DNA from: Diplonema japonicum
Taxonomy: Eukaryota; Protista; Euglenozoa: Diplonemea
DNA length: 64,000 nucleotides
Assembly: GCA_964019335.1 (NCBI GenBank)
Contig: OZ025649.1
Coordinates: forward strand, 310,001-374,000
Direction: 5' to 3'
Within the stretch, counting starts at the first letter, position 1. Each line of letters starts with the position of its first letter. The position numbers and the translations under genes were made by a program. The notes beneath the pieces are model-generated. The model searched no databases and was not told the origin of the DNA. It saw only the letters and a program-made list of their open reading frames with translations. Of this stretch, positions 48,801 through 61,647 are shown in pieces.

Positions 48801-51800
48801 AACGGATACACCAAGACTGTGAATCAAGGAACTCGCTCTTTCCCAGGAAACCCAGTAGTCCTCAAGCTGCGGACAATGGTCGATGAGTACAAGCTGATTC
48901 TACCCATCCTGACACAGCTCACGAACCCTAATCTGCAAGAGCACCACTTTGAGAAAATCAATGAAATAATAGGAAGCAATGTGACAACAGATACATGCAC
49001 GCTGGGGACCCTGTTGGAGCTACAGATTGTTGACGTGAAAGAAGAGATCCAAGTAGTCAGTCTGACAGCATCGCAGGAAGCAGAACTGGAAGGGCAGCTG
49101 GCGGGAATCGCAAAGACATGGCAGGAAGTAGAGTTTACCATGGTAGTACACAAGGACAGTGGGGGTAAGAACAAAGCTCAGGTCATTGGTGCTTTAGAAC
49201 CGATCATCTTGATGCTGGACGATAGCAACATCGCCTTAACGACCATCATCACGTCGCGGCACTGTGAAGCGAGGCTGAAGGAAAAGGCTGCGGCATGGGT
49301 CTCGTCTCTAAAAACCATTGGCACTACTCTCGAGATGTGGATGGAGTGCCAAAAGAATTGGCTGTATCTCGAGTCCGTGTATAGCCACTCTGATATCAGC
49401 AGGCAATGGCCCACTGACGCACGAATCTTTGCTACGACTGACAAAGACATGCGAGCGCGGCTGAAGAAGGTAGCGGAGTCCCCCTACGTGCACCGTTCTA
49501 TCATGACGCACAACATCTTCTCAAACCTTCAATCTCTCGCCTCCACATTCGAAATGCTTCTCAACTCTCTCAACAAAAACCTCGACGAACGGCGTATTGT
49601 GTTCCCTAGGTTCTACTTCCTCTCCGACGCAGACCTCATTCACCTCATCTCGCACTCGAAGGAACCTCAGAGTATCACCAGACACTTGAAAAGCTTGTTC
49701 GAAGGAATAACCAAACTGCACACCGACGACGATGAGAGTATCGTAGGAGTCGAGTCTGCCGAAGGTGAGGTGTTGACCTTTGCTAAACCGCTTCACACGA
49801 AGAAAGAAGCGCACCGGTGGATGGAGAAACTTGAGGAAACGGTGTCGGCAACCTTGAAAAAGCGAGCCAGAGAATGTATCGTTGCGTCCAGCGATGCTGA
49901 GCTGGACTCGTGGGCCTTAGGCCCCCACCCAGTGCAGCTTGTCTTAGCCGTGAGGAGCATGGTCTGGTGTCAACGTGTTGAAGAAACATTGACGAACGGT
50001 ACAATTGGCTTGGGCGAAGTGCTGCTAAGTTGCGAAGGCGATCTTGACGGCCTTGCCAACGCCTTGACACGGGAGCTCACGTCGATCCAGAGGCTGGCGC
50101 TCACCACGTTAATCACCTTGGAGGTCCATCACAAGCAGATCTTGAACACACTTAAAGATATGCCTCGGGACACGGACCCGATGTCTTTTGCCTGGCAGCG
50201 AATTCTTCGCACCTACTGGGACGAGCCATCTCGCTCCATAGACATTTTGCACCTATCGCATAAGTACACATACGGGTACGAATACGAAGGAGCAGCAAGC
50301 CGTCTGGTGGTTACCCCATTAACTGACAGGATATTCCTCACAATAACTGCGTCCCTCATGCACTCAATGGGCACATCCCTCACAGGCCCTGCCGGGACAG
50401 GTAAAACAGAGAGCGTAAAAGACCTTGCTAGGACCATCGCAAGGCAGTGTGTCGTGTACAACTGCTCTCCTGGTGTGACCTGCAAGATGACCACCAAGTT
50501 CTTTGCTGGCTTAGCGCAAGCAGGTGCATGGTGTTGCATGGATGAAATCAACAGAATCAGCCCTGCCGTGTTGTCCAGCATAGCGCAGCAGCTGCACACT
50601 GTGAGGACCTCGTTTGTGAACAAGATCGGCTCCATGGAGTACATGGGAAATACCATCTCCATAAGCAACACGTTCAGTGTTTTTGTGACGATGAATAAGG
50701 GATATTCATGCCAAACGGAGCTGCCCGAAAACATGCGGACCTACTTCCGACCGGTTGCAGTACAGGTGCCCGACACAGAGATGATCGCTGAGGTGATGCT
50801 TTACGCAAATGGCTTTCAAGACGCAGAGAATTTGTCCAAGAAGCTTGTGGTGCTGTACAAAATGTGCAAACAGCAGCTTTCGAACAGAGCACACTACAGC
50901 TTCAGTATCAGGGACATGAAGGCGGTGATCGAGGTAGCAGCGATGTCGCGTGCAGGGAACTTTTCAGACGAGGCTGCAGTTGTGAAGGCCTGTTTGTTGT
51001 TTACGCTCCCCAAGCTGCACGAGGACGACGTTGAGGTGTTCGAGTCCATCCTGCAGGATATCTTTCAAAAGGCGCAGGTGCCTTTGGGCAACGATAAACT
51101 GAAGCGCCCCGTCGTCGAAGCCCTGCGAAACGAAGGCCTGAACGAGATTCTGACGGAGAAAATTCTGCAGTTCGACAACATGCTGTCCTACAGGCACGGC
51201 GTCATCTTGCTGGGGCAGACAGGGTGTGGCAAGACAGTGTCGAGGCAGATCTTAGCTGGTATCAAGGGGCGGCAGCATGTTATAAATCCGCGCAGCGTAT
51301 CATATGGGGAGATGTACGGCACGCTGGACCCTGTGTCACAGCAATTCACAGACGGGATCCTCGCAACGCTGGTGAGGTCCGCTGTGAAGAGCAGACCGGG
51401 CAATGCAACGCACATGGAGTGGCTCGTCTTTGACGGTGAACTGAACAGCTCATGGATGGAGTCCTTGAACACCATCTTAGATGACTCGCGGGTGTTATGC
51501 CTCGTCACAGGCCATCGTCTCAACATCGGTGACTATATGAAGGTCGTCGTCGAGGTCGATGACGTTAGCGATGCAAGCCCCGCTGTCATGACACGATGCG
51601 GCGTCCTGCACTTCACTTCATTGGATTGGCTGCCGGTGGTCGAGACATGGGTTGGGTCGCTGGGTTCTGTGATCCCAAGCCCTATGATGGGCTACCTGCT
51701 CACCTTGTTTAGTTCACACTTCCAAAAAGCGGTGAATTTTGTAAACAAGAATTGTACGTTCACAACAGAAACGCCTCTCGCATCCCTCGTCTCCAGTACG

Positions 51801-54800
51801 ACTGCAATCTTCACTGCCGTGATTTCCGGCAAAGACCTGAACGTTGCCAGAGACACGGCCCATCAGTACCGCAAGCTCGGTTTGGGCGAGACACAGCAAA
51901 ACATCATCAACCTAGCGTTCATCTACGCCGTGGTCTGGGGCGTTGGGGGGAACCTCACTGCTGCCTCACAAGAGCTGTTTGATGGCCACATGAAGGAGGA
52001 CTTGCAAGGGGTGCTGGTCTGCAACGGGTGCTCGTTGTACGATCAATACCCCGACCTTACTCAGCTGCGGATGGTGAAGTGGGAGGAAAGGGTGTTGAAT
52101 AGCTACGCGAGCATTAAGAAGCAAGTCGTGCCTGTTATGGACACTGTGAAGTACAGCCATCTCACAAAACTGCTTGTCATGTCTGGTAGACCAGTCCTTG
52201 TGAACGGTGCAGTAGGGGTGGGTAAAACAACAATGGTGTCCAGTGCATTGGAAGGAACAGGCCTGGTCCTACCAGTGTTGATCACACCGTCAACATCCGC
52301 ACACAAAGTGCGCGACATATTGGAATCTTCTTTAAAAGCTGGTCCAAAGCACCTGATGTCCCGAGGTGACACCGCCGTGGTTCTACTTGTTGATGATGTG
52401 AACATGGCAGACCCGGGGGCCACCACACCTTCTCATTACGAACTACTCCGACAGCTCATTACATATAAAGGTTTGCACACTAAGAAGAAGTTGGAATGGA
52501 AGGAAGTCAAGCACTTAATCGTCGCTGCCGTTGGGTGCAGCCAGACATCAATAGACAGAGTCCCACAAAGGGCTGCACGACTGTTCACGAACATTACATA
52601 TGTGCATCCCTCTGAGGAGTGCATGCGGGGTATAGTAAGGATGTTGCTGAATAAGCTATTCGTTGAACGAGGCTTTGTGAAGGAAGTGACTGACCTGACA
52701 AAGCCGATGGCCCACGGGATGGTGGAAGTGCTGATAGGCATGTGCGACACATTCCAGAAGAGCTTCCTGAAGCCCTACTACGCGTTCTCCTTGCATGATC
52801 TGAAAGCAGTTGTCGCAGGGATATCGCAAGCTGTACCGAGGACCTGCGGGTCCTCACGGACTGCCACGCTGCTATGGATCCATGAAGTGACCCGCTGCTT
52901 CTGTGACAAGTTGTCCACACCGGAAGACAAGGAGAGCTTCACGACAGTCTTGATGAGTGCTTTGAAAAGGTACTTCCCACATGGATCATGGAAGCCGGAT
53001 ATCTTCACTTCGGAGTGGCCGCTGCTGTTCGGTGACTTCCTGAGACCTGATGCACAGAAGGAAGACCGTGTGTATGAGGTGATCAAGGAAGGGTGGCAGC
53101 TCCCTGTCCTTTTCGAGTACTACACGAACGAGCTGTATGATACGAGCATAAACGTGATCTTCTTCAAAGAGGCGTGTGTGCACCTCACGAGAATGCTTCG
53201 CACTATGAGGCAGCCAGGCGTCATTTCGTTGTTCATTGGTCACAAAGGCACGGGGAAGCAGCTCCTGACGCGCATTGCCGCTATTATCCACGAGTACGAC
53301 TACTTCAGTCTGGTGGAGAACAAGCCGTATTCTGTAGAGGCTTTTCACACCGATTTAATTCAGATCTATGATACAGCGGCGCTGCAGGGCCAGCACATCG
53401 TACTGATGCTGACCGACTCACAGGTCGAAACGAAAGGCATCTTGGAAGAGATCAGTTACCTGCTGTGTGGCTATGAGATTCCCAACGTGTTTTCATTGGA
53501 GGAGATTGCTAAGAGGACGACCGCCTTTATGGGTATCGCAAACATAGATGACGATGTCTCCCAAGAAGAGGTGTGGGCTCAGTACATGCAACTGGTGCGC
53601 GAGAGGGTGCACATCACGCTCTGTCTGACACCAGGTGAGACGTTTTCTCAAATGTGCCGTGACTTCCCTTCTCTGACGTCTTGCTGCGCCATTGACTGGC
53701 ACCTTGACTGGCCCGCGCAGGCCCTGCAGCACATCGCTTCGAAACTTATCCAAGACCTGGAACCCACCGCCACAGATACTCTCAGCAAGGATTGTGCTTT
53801 GGCACATCAATCCGCGGTAGAAATCTGCCAATTGTATACACAGGAACGCAGGGAAGAGGCACCAGTCGCGCCGTGTGCTTACTTTGAGTTCTTGAACCTC
53901 TTCACAGCGGTCCATTCGGATCGAAAGAGATTGTTGGTCGTGAAGCGCGAAAAGATCCACAACGGGCTTAAAAAGATCATTGAGGCCAACGATGTCATGA
54001 AAACCATTGACGGTACGATATTTAGCGCCACAGAGATGCACAGGGAAAGTAAAGAAAAAGCAGAGAACTTGATGCACGAGGTAGAAACACGATCTCTCGA
54101 GCTGGAGAGGACGAAAGATGTTGTGTCGGTGAAAGAAGCTTATGCTGCCGAGAAGCGCACTGCAGCGTTCGCGATACAGCAGTCGGCAAAGGCAGAGCTC
54201 GATGAGGCAATGCCGGCCATCAAAAGCGCGAACAAAGCTCTTGCAAGCCTGTCGAAGCAGGACATTCAGGAACTAAAGTCGTACTCCCTCGTCCCCAAGG
54301 CTGTGACCCAAACCATCGAGGCTGTGATGATCCTCTTGAAAGAAAAGAAACCAAATGATTGGACTGTCACACGCCAGATAATCTCGCGACCTGACTTCCT
54401 GGAAAGGCTACAGAGCTTCGACAGCGATGCCATCCAGCCTGAAGTGATTTCCAAGCTTGAGAGAGTCGTAAAGGACCCGGACTTTACACCTGACAAGGTG
54501 GGGCAGACAGGGTCATTCGCCTGCAGGTCACTGTGCATCTGGGCACACGCGGTGTACAATTACTACCATATGGAGAAGAGAGTCGCACCGAAGCGTGAAC
54601 AGCTGATTCAAGCGCAAGAGATTCTTAACGAGGCCAACGGGCACTACACCGATGCTGCAGCAGAGTTACGCACAGTGACATCCGAGCTGCTGGTGCTCAA
54701 AGCGACTTATGGTGCAGCACGCAACGAAGCGGATGAACTTGAAAGCAAAATAGTAAAATCTAAGCAACGGTTCACTGTAGCTGAGGGACTGAAAACGGCT

Positions 54801-57800
54801 TTAGAAGGGCAACAAGAGAAGTGGCAAGAAGAGTTGCAACAGATCGACATAGAGGTGAACAACACACTTAAGGCTTCGTTCTTATCGGCAGTGACCCTCA
54901 CTTACGGTAGAGGACTGACAAGGGAGTACCGCGAAGTGCTGCGGGAGAAGTGGGAAAATATTTGCCAATGGAAGGGCTCCTTTGTCCTGGCAGACCACCT
55001 GACGACCCCCAATCACCAACGAGAGTGGGTCATTGCAGGCCTCCCGTCAGACGTCACATCTTTTGAAAATGCATGCTGCGTGTGGCAGTGTTGGACCGAA
55101 AAGTGTGTGAAATGGCCTTTGGTCATTGACCCGCAGAAACGCGCCTTCTCTTGGCTCACAAAATGGCTTCCGAAAACGGAAATCTTGAAGCACCCCAACT
55201 CTGCTACATCTGCTGATGCAAAGCGTAGGTTCTACGCAAAGATCGAGCAGTGCATTGAAATAGGATTCCCCTGCATCATCACCGACGTAGGCGAGAAGCT
55301 AGACCCATACCTGGGGCCGATACTGCAAAAGAAGTACGTGGAGGAGCCGAGCGGGTCCGGGATGTATAGGATACAGATCACAGAGGACCACTCGGTGAAC
55401 TATGACTTGGATTTCAAGCTTGTTCTGTGCTGCATGGAGACGAGTCCTAAATTTAGCAATGAAGTGCACTCTTCTGTGAATGTAATCAATTTCACTGCTG
55501 TGGACGGGTCGTTGGACGATCAAGTGCTGTCCTCCATCGTGGCGTGCAAGAAGCCTGAGCTAGAGGAGTCGATGCGCCAGAACTTGACCTCCATCGCAGG
55601 GAATAAGAAGCTCCTAGCTGGCTATGAAGAACAGCTTCTTGCAGAACTCGAAAACAGCGGTCAAGACTTGCTTGCCAACTCCATGTTGATCCAGAACCTG
55701 CAGAAGCTGAAGCAAACCACCCACTACATCTCTAAACAACTTAGCGAAGCCGAAGCTGCGAAACAAGAGATCAAGAGTCTTCGGGAAGGATACAAACCCG
55801 TGGCCGACCTTGTATCTCGCGTCTACCACATTGCATCTCGCCTTCGTGTTTTGAGTCCCTTCTACGCTTTCTCTTTTGAGTTCATTATCAATATTGCCAA
55901 CAAAGCTATTCGTGCAAAGCAAGACGTGGCGCTGCAGTTATACAAATACATAACACAAGCTCTGCAGCCCAGCCACCGTCTTACCTTCGCCCTGCTCTTG
56001 GCCACCACAGTGGACCGCTTTGCTAATGAGCTCACTGAAAGCGATGTCCATCTGCTGTACAAGCTCCCTATTCTCGCAGTCGAGTTTTCGCAGCTCCCCG
56101 TAAGGCCTCCGTGGATAACTGCAGAAGTGTGGGGGCTTCTGAACGTGTTGCAGGTATACCGCAGTCTTTGATATCTTTTATACTTACACAGAAACACGAT
56201 TCGGTCGGGAATCTCGCCCGCCTGTGTCGGCACATCATTAGCAACTCCGACGAGTGGATGGCGGTATGCTTTCTTTACTTCCTCTTAACATTTCAATCTC
56301 ACAGTGGGCGTCTGCGGGTATTGTGAACCCCCCGCCTTTGAAGGGTATCAGCGCGTACCAAACATTCTTAATCTCGCACTGTTTCGGCCAAGGTACTGTG
56401 GCGGCTGGATGGGCATATGTGAAAACGGTGCTTGGTGAGGAGTATGCTAGCTCCGAAGGTGAGGCATTGAAGAAAGTCGTGACCGAATGTGGCCCTCGCA
56501 TGCCTGTGCTGTTTGTCATCAGCAGCAACGTGGACCCCCTTTCTGCGGTGATGCGCTTGGCCGAGGAGTGCGGTATAGAGAATGTGCAGGAGATATCCGC
56601 GGGTGTGGGTGTCTCGTCCTTGATTAAAACCGCCGCTCAGACCAACACATGGCTCTTCATACACAATGTACACCTCCTGGACACTTTCCAATTCTTCCAA
56701 CAATTGGCCGACTCTGAAACGGAAGCCAGCAGTCAATTCCGCCTGTTCCTCACCACGCAGTCTTCCCAGGACCTCCCTGTGCACCTTATCGAGCAATCTG
56801 TGAAGTACAGCTTCTCTTCGGAAACTGGAATTAAGTCCACCATGCAACGAGAGTTCTGGGAGCGCGTCATCCCTGTGGTGGATGATGAGTACAGTTACCT
56901 GACCTTGCACAAAACGCTTGTCTTTTCGCTGTGCGCTTTCCATGCTGTGGTGGTGGAGCGGTGCAAGTACGGGTCCCTCGGCTGGTCGTCAGGAGTAACT
57001 TTCGACGACAGCGACTTGTCCACTTCACTTGCGCAGATCGAGCTGCTCTTCGAACGGGCTTCGGGGTCAATGGACTGGCATGCAGTGACCTACATCGTGG
57101 GGCACATTAACTACGGCGGCAGAACAGGTGACCCTTCCGATCTCAATGTCATCACGAGTCTGGCACAGCAGTTCATCAGCAAGGCACAGCTCGGCCTCAA
57201 CCCCTTGAAGGTAGAGGACAACACGTATGCAGAGCCTCCCCCGTGTGACTACGTGGCACACGACAGCATGAATTGCACCGGTTTGTCGGAAGAAGCATTC
57301 ATAGAACGAAAGAAGATGGAGTCACGGGTGTTCTTAGAATCTGTACCCTGTGTGCTGCAAGGCTTGGGGAAGCGTGCCCCTACGGTGGATGGTGCAGAGG
57401 TTATGAAGATCTGCGAGACGATCGCCAAGGGGCTGCCTGCGACCTTCGACGTAGCGAAGGCGGAGACGAACATCGTACGGAACGAAATGACGAGGTATAA
57501 CGAACTGCTGAAACGTGTCAGAGATGACACTGAAATGGTGAAAGAAGCAGTACAAGGGACAGCGATGGTGACAAGTGCGGTACAGCGTACGATCGACAGG
57601 TTGATGAGGAACGCACTTCCGGAAGAATGGCTGCAGATGTCCTTCTGCACATTGGATGGGCTGGTCGAATGGGTAAGGGGGCTCAAGAAGAGATGCGAGT
57701 ATTTCCGAAACGGCACAAAAAGCAATGTGTATTGGATTCCGGCATATTACCAGCCTGTTGCTTTGTGTGCAGACCTGCTGCAGTCGTATGCAAGGAGGAA

Positions 57801-58152
57801 CAACGCCCCTCTGACTGATGTTGTGTTAAAGTTCTCTGTGGGAGGTCTTGGCAGCATGACAGTGACAGGACTGCGTGCTGTGGGGTGTGCATGGGATGCA
57901 TCTGTTGGTGCCTTGTCGCCTGGTGCATCGTCCGACCCCTTCCCTCCCCTCACAGTTACTGCCACTGAAGCTAGCCCTTTAGACCCAGAAGAACTCTGTG
58001 TTGTCCTCCCAGTCTATCTCCACCCAAACAGACACGTCACTACCACAAGGGGGGCAACAGTCTCCACTATGGTGTTTGAAGTAACCCTCCCATGTTCTTG
58101 CCTCCCTGAAAAGCTGATTCTAGCAGGTGCTGCTCTCGTCGCTGAGCAGTAA
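45837..58152 (+). CDS. Axonemal dynein heavy chain (divergent, probably inner-arm type); introns 56154-56191 and 56264-56304
   Basis: FPRFYFLS, YGYEY, LVVTPLTDR, GPAGTGKTE, GQTGCGKT, GAVGVGKT, GHKGTGK, stalk, WPLVIDPQ, NYGGR; about 4080 aa after splicing. Confidence 0.93.
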
Positions 58153-58378
58153 TACTTTTTTTTTTTTTTTTTATTTCCCCTAAAACTTTGTGGGTGTCAA
58201 TTCTCCTTGTTTTTTTTTTTTTTTTTTTTTTTTTTTTTGTGTTTATTTCCGCTGACTGAATAAGTTTGCTCTTTCAAGTGCTTTCTGCTTCTTTTTTCTC
58301 TCTTTTTTTTTCTTTTTTTTTCTTTTTTTTTCTGCGCCACGTGCGGGTTTTCTTTGTGCCACTTTTGCGATTTCTTCT

Positions 58379-58412
<34 letters not shown>

Positions 58413-58782
58413 CTACTGTCCGTATTCCAATTTGTAAAGGGTATTTCTTTTTTAAAAAAAAAAAGGGGGAAAGAAAAAAAAAAAAAAAGGCGCTCATTCC
58501 AGATCATGGAGAAAAAAAAAGAAAAAAAAAAAAAAAAGCAGATGGGTGAAAACAAAAAGGTAATTCCCCCCCCCACCTTTTTTTTTCTCTCTCTCTTTTT
58601 TTTCTTTCTTTTAGAAAAAAGGTTTATACTTAGTAATTGTGTTTAGTTTTTTTTCTTTTTCTTTTTTATCTTACTAGATCCCCTCCAGCCCCCATCCCCC
58701 ACCTTTTTACTTGAAAAGGGAAGTTTTATTTTATTTTTTTTCTCTCAAAAAAAAAAAAAAAAAAAAAAAAAGGACAAAAACC

Positions 58783-59401
58783 ATGAAGAAAACAGCACTC
58801 CTGAGGGTGAATGGGTGGAGGTATGCGAAGTGCGGGCCTCCTGGTGAAGTATTGAAGTCAGAGACGTGGGCCGGCGCGACTGTTGGGGAAAGTGATGTAA
58901 AGGTAAAGATGTCGGGCGTGCCTGTCCTAAAGCAGGACGTGGACATGCTAATGGGCACATACGGTGGGTACAAGGCAGAAAACACAGGAAACAGCCCAGT
59001 AGCAGGAACTGAAGGCTGGGGGATGGTTGTGGAGGCAGGCCCGAAGGCCTCTGTCTCTAAAGGCAGCAAAGTTGCCATCACCACCCAGAACGTAGGGACA
59101 TGGGCCTCCGAAGTTACCACCAGTGACGCCAACATCACCGACGTGACAGGACTCAAGATATCTAACGAGAACCTTGCGCTCCTCTCTGTTTACTCCTCAG
59201 CTGTTCTACTTGCATCGGAATACGGTGATGTTAGAAACGCAACATGCTGGGTCCTTGGTGCAGAAACTCCCGTCGGCCAGGCCCTCGCCCCTCTCCTCCA
59301 GTCCAAGGGCGCCACCGTCACTGCTCTCAAACAAGGCGAGAAACAACCGCAAGGATCTCCCAAGTATGCGTGGAACAGTGAAAAAATATATAATTTTCTT
59401 T

Positions 59402-59444
<43 letters not shown>

Positions 59445-59894
59445 AGATTCATCTTCAATGCCGTAGGAGGGGAAGACCTCCGTGCAGCCACCGACGCCGC
59501 TGCTGAGGGGTATGTTAAACTTAAAAAAAAAAAAAAAAAAATACAGTTGCACTGTTGTGACATGGGATAATATTTCCAAGCAGAGGATGGACATTGCGGG
59601 CACCAAAGCTGTCATGAGTGGGATGCAGATTAGATCCTTCTGGTGTGTGCTTGATATAAGGAAGGGGGGGGGGGGGGGGAGAATTTAAAAAAGAATAAAA
59701 TAAAATAAAAAATCGACAGGTTTAACAGATGGCTTCAGCAATCCACTCCCGCTCAGCGCACCGCTCTTTTCGAAGAGGCAGCAGCTCTTTCCCAATCCAC
59801 TACTGTGGCGCAGGCTCCTCACAACTTCTCTAACTTTGCCGCCGCCTTCGACTCCGTATACGTTTCTCCCGCTGTGCCTGTTGTCTCTTTTTAA
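58783..59894 (+). CDS. Mitochondrial trans-2-enoyl-CoA/ACP reductase (MECR/MDR family)-like; introns 59364-59446, 59510-59546, 59643-59719
   Basis: GPP.EVL, D...L.GTY, VAGTEG.G.V, GTW, FNAVGG, VVTW, IRSFWFNRW after splicing. Confidence 0.75.
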
Positions 59895-60183
59895 GCCCGT
59901 AGCGCGATTTCTCTTGATCTGTAGAGGGCATCATGTACAAAAAAAAAGGGGGGGAAGAAGGGGGGTGACAAAAGTGTGTGTTTTTTTTTTTCTTCTTCCA
60001 ATTTTCGGGGACTAGTGTGTTAGTTAAGGCTATTATTTACCACCACGATATTTTTTTTGACGTCCTCCCCCCCCCCCCCCGCCCGCCTTCACGTTTTTTT
60101 ATATCCCCCATATTTTCTTCTTTTTTTTTTGTTTCGTAAGTTTGTCGTGAGGCGCAGCCTCAAGCACCACAGGCCCATGTCCT

Positions 60184-61566
60184 ATGCATAGCACGTTGCA
60201 AGCAGGCCGCCTTCTCACGCATGATGATCTTGTCGGGCGCGAAACGCGCTACGTGTCTCCTTTTCCTTACGAGCTGCCGGACTACGACCCCTTACGACAA
60301 ATAAAAAAGCGAGACAGCCGAAGACAGGTGACACGAGGACCAACGTCATCACCGCACCATGCCATGCGCCAGCAGAGTAGGAGCCGTGAGATCGCCACCT
60401 GCTCTGTACCTCCTTCTGAAAGGTCAACTACCGTAGCAAGTGATGTGCTGTCCGTGCATGCATGTGCCCTGCGTAGTGAGATACAGCCGAGGAGAGGTGT
60501 ATCCTTAGAACGACTGGAAAGCTCTATTCTCAGCGCTGCAGTAAATAACATGCCGCAGGTGCGCCGCCCCTCTTCTCAAAGCAACCCTCCTTCGTGCACG
60601 GCGGCTTCCGATGACCCTCGGCCACCGTCACGCACTGCCTCTGTGTGCGAGAAACCGTCTTCACGTGCTGCTAGCGACGTTGCATTACCTTCACCCGCAA
60701 GCTCCATACATCCAACACCGCGAAGCGAAGGATCCGGAATGCAGCCACTATTGCGGAGCACCCCGCCACCTAGTTCAGTAAGTACAGGCACATCTACTTC
60801 CAAACTCAGCAAGCACAGGCCCACCACGCTGCAAAGTGGGCAATCGTGTTCTAGCCCGCAGAGTGGGGTGCGGCGGTTTTCTGTAAACTACCCCGAGCAC
60901 AGTGACGTGTCGTGCACGGCAGGTAGTGTGCAGCATCGTACTCTTGTGTCACACGGCGACCAACAATCAAGCACCCCATCCCCATGCCCATCCCCTTCAG
61001 AGGCCGTAGTGCCACAGACAAGTGTGCGGCATTCAAACCCGCAAAGTGCGGCGAGCGATCTATCGCATGCTAGCAACGCACAGCGAGGTAATGCACGGCA
61101 TGCTGGGAGTTGTTCACGCTCTGCACAGCATCTCAGCTTGCAGAGTAGCTTGTCACTGCCGTCCTGTAATGATGTCCCCAAACCACAAAGTAGTTCCACA
61201 GCGAGTGCACCGCCGAACACGTCTGTGCGTGGAGAAGTGCTCTTTTCGGGCATGTCCAGCACCCTTGGCAATGACGCGTCACGCCAGTTAGGACACAACA
61301 GACAGTGCGAGAGCAGTGACTACATTTACCCTTACTGGTTGGTACGGGAAAAGGACATGCAGATCGAGCGGCTGGAGGCGACGCTTCGCGAGAAAGAAGC
61401 AGTCATACGGCAGCTGCGGAAGGGGACGCCCAGAAGCAATGCGGTGCAGCTGGTGCCAAAGACAACAACAAGAGGCCCCTCTAGCTGGGTAGTTGGGCAC
61501 TTGGTGACGCACGAGGTGCTGCGCGACCCATGTGCCGCGCACAAACGGGCGTTCAGATGTACGTAG
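60184..61566 (+). CDS. Ser/Pro-rich disordered protein with C-terminal short coiled coil
   Basis: 460-aa ORF; EKDMQIERLEATLREKE. Confidence 0.65.
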   Translation: MHSTLQAGRLLTHDDLVGRETRYVSPFPYELPDYDPLRQIKKRDSRRQVTRGPTSSPHHAMRQQSRSREIATCSVPPSERSTTVASDVLSVHACALRSEIQPRRGVSLERLESSILSAAVNNMPQVRRPSSQSNPPSCTAASDDPRPPSRTASVCEKPSSRAASDVALPSPASSIHPTPRSEGSGMQPLLRSTPPPSSVSTGTSTSKLSKHRPTTLQSGQSCSSPQSGVRRFSVNYPEHSDVSCTAGSVQHRTLVSHGDQQSSTPSPCPSPSEAVVPQTSVRHSNPQSAASDLSHASNAQRGNARHAGSCSRSAQHLSLQSSLSLPSCNDVPKPQSSSTASAPPNTSVRGEVLFSGMSSTLGNDASRQLGHNRQCESSDYIYPYWLVREKDMQIERLEATLREKEAVIRQLRKGTPRSNAVQLVPKTTTRGPSSWVVGHLVTHEVLRDPCAAHKRAFRCT

Positions 61567-61647
61567 AGCACAGTACAGTTAGATCTCTATTTCCCCTTCC
61601 CTCCGATTTTCTCATTAAAGTACCTTTTCCCAGACCAAAGATATATA

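Noticed and set aside
9662-59506. Poly-Lys/poly-Phe/poly-Gly/poly-Pro segments in ORF-track proteins
   Set aside because: They are translations of intronic or intergenic homopolymers; removing GT-AG introns restores conserved frames.
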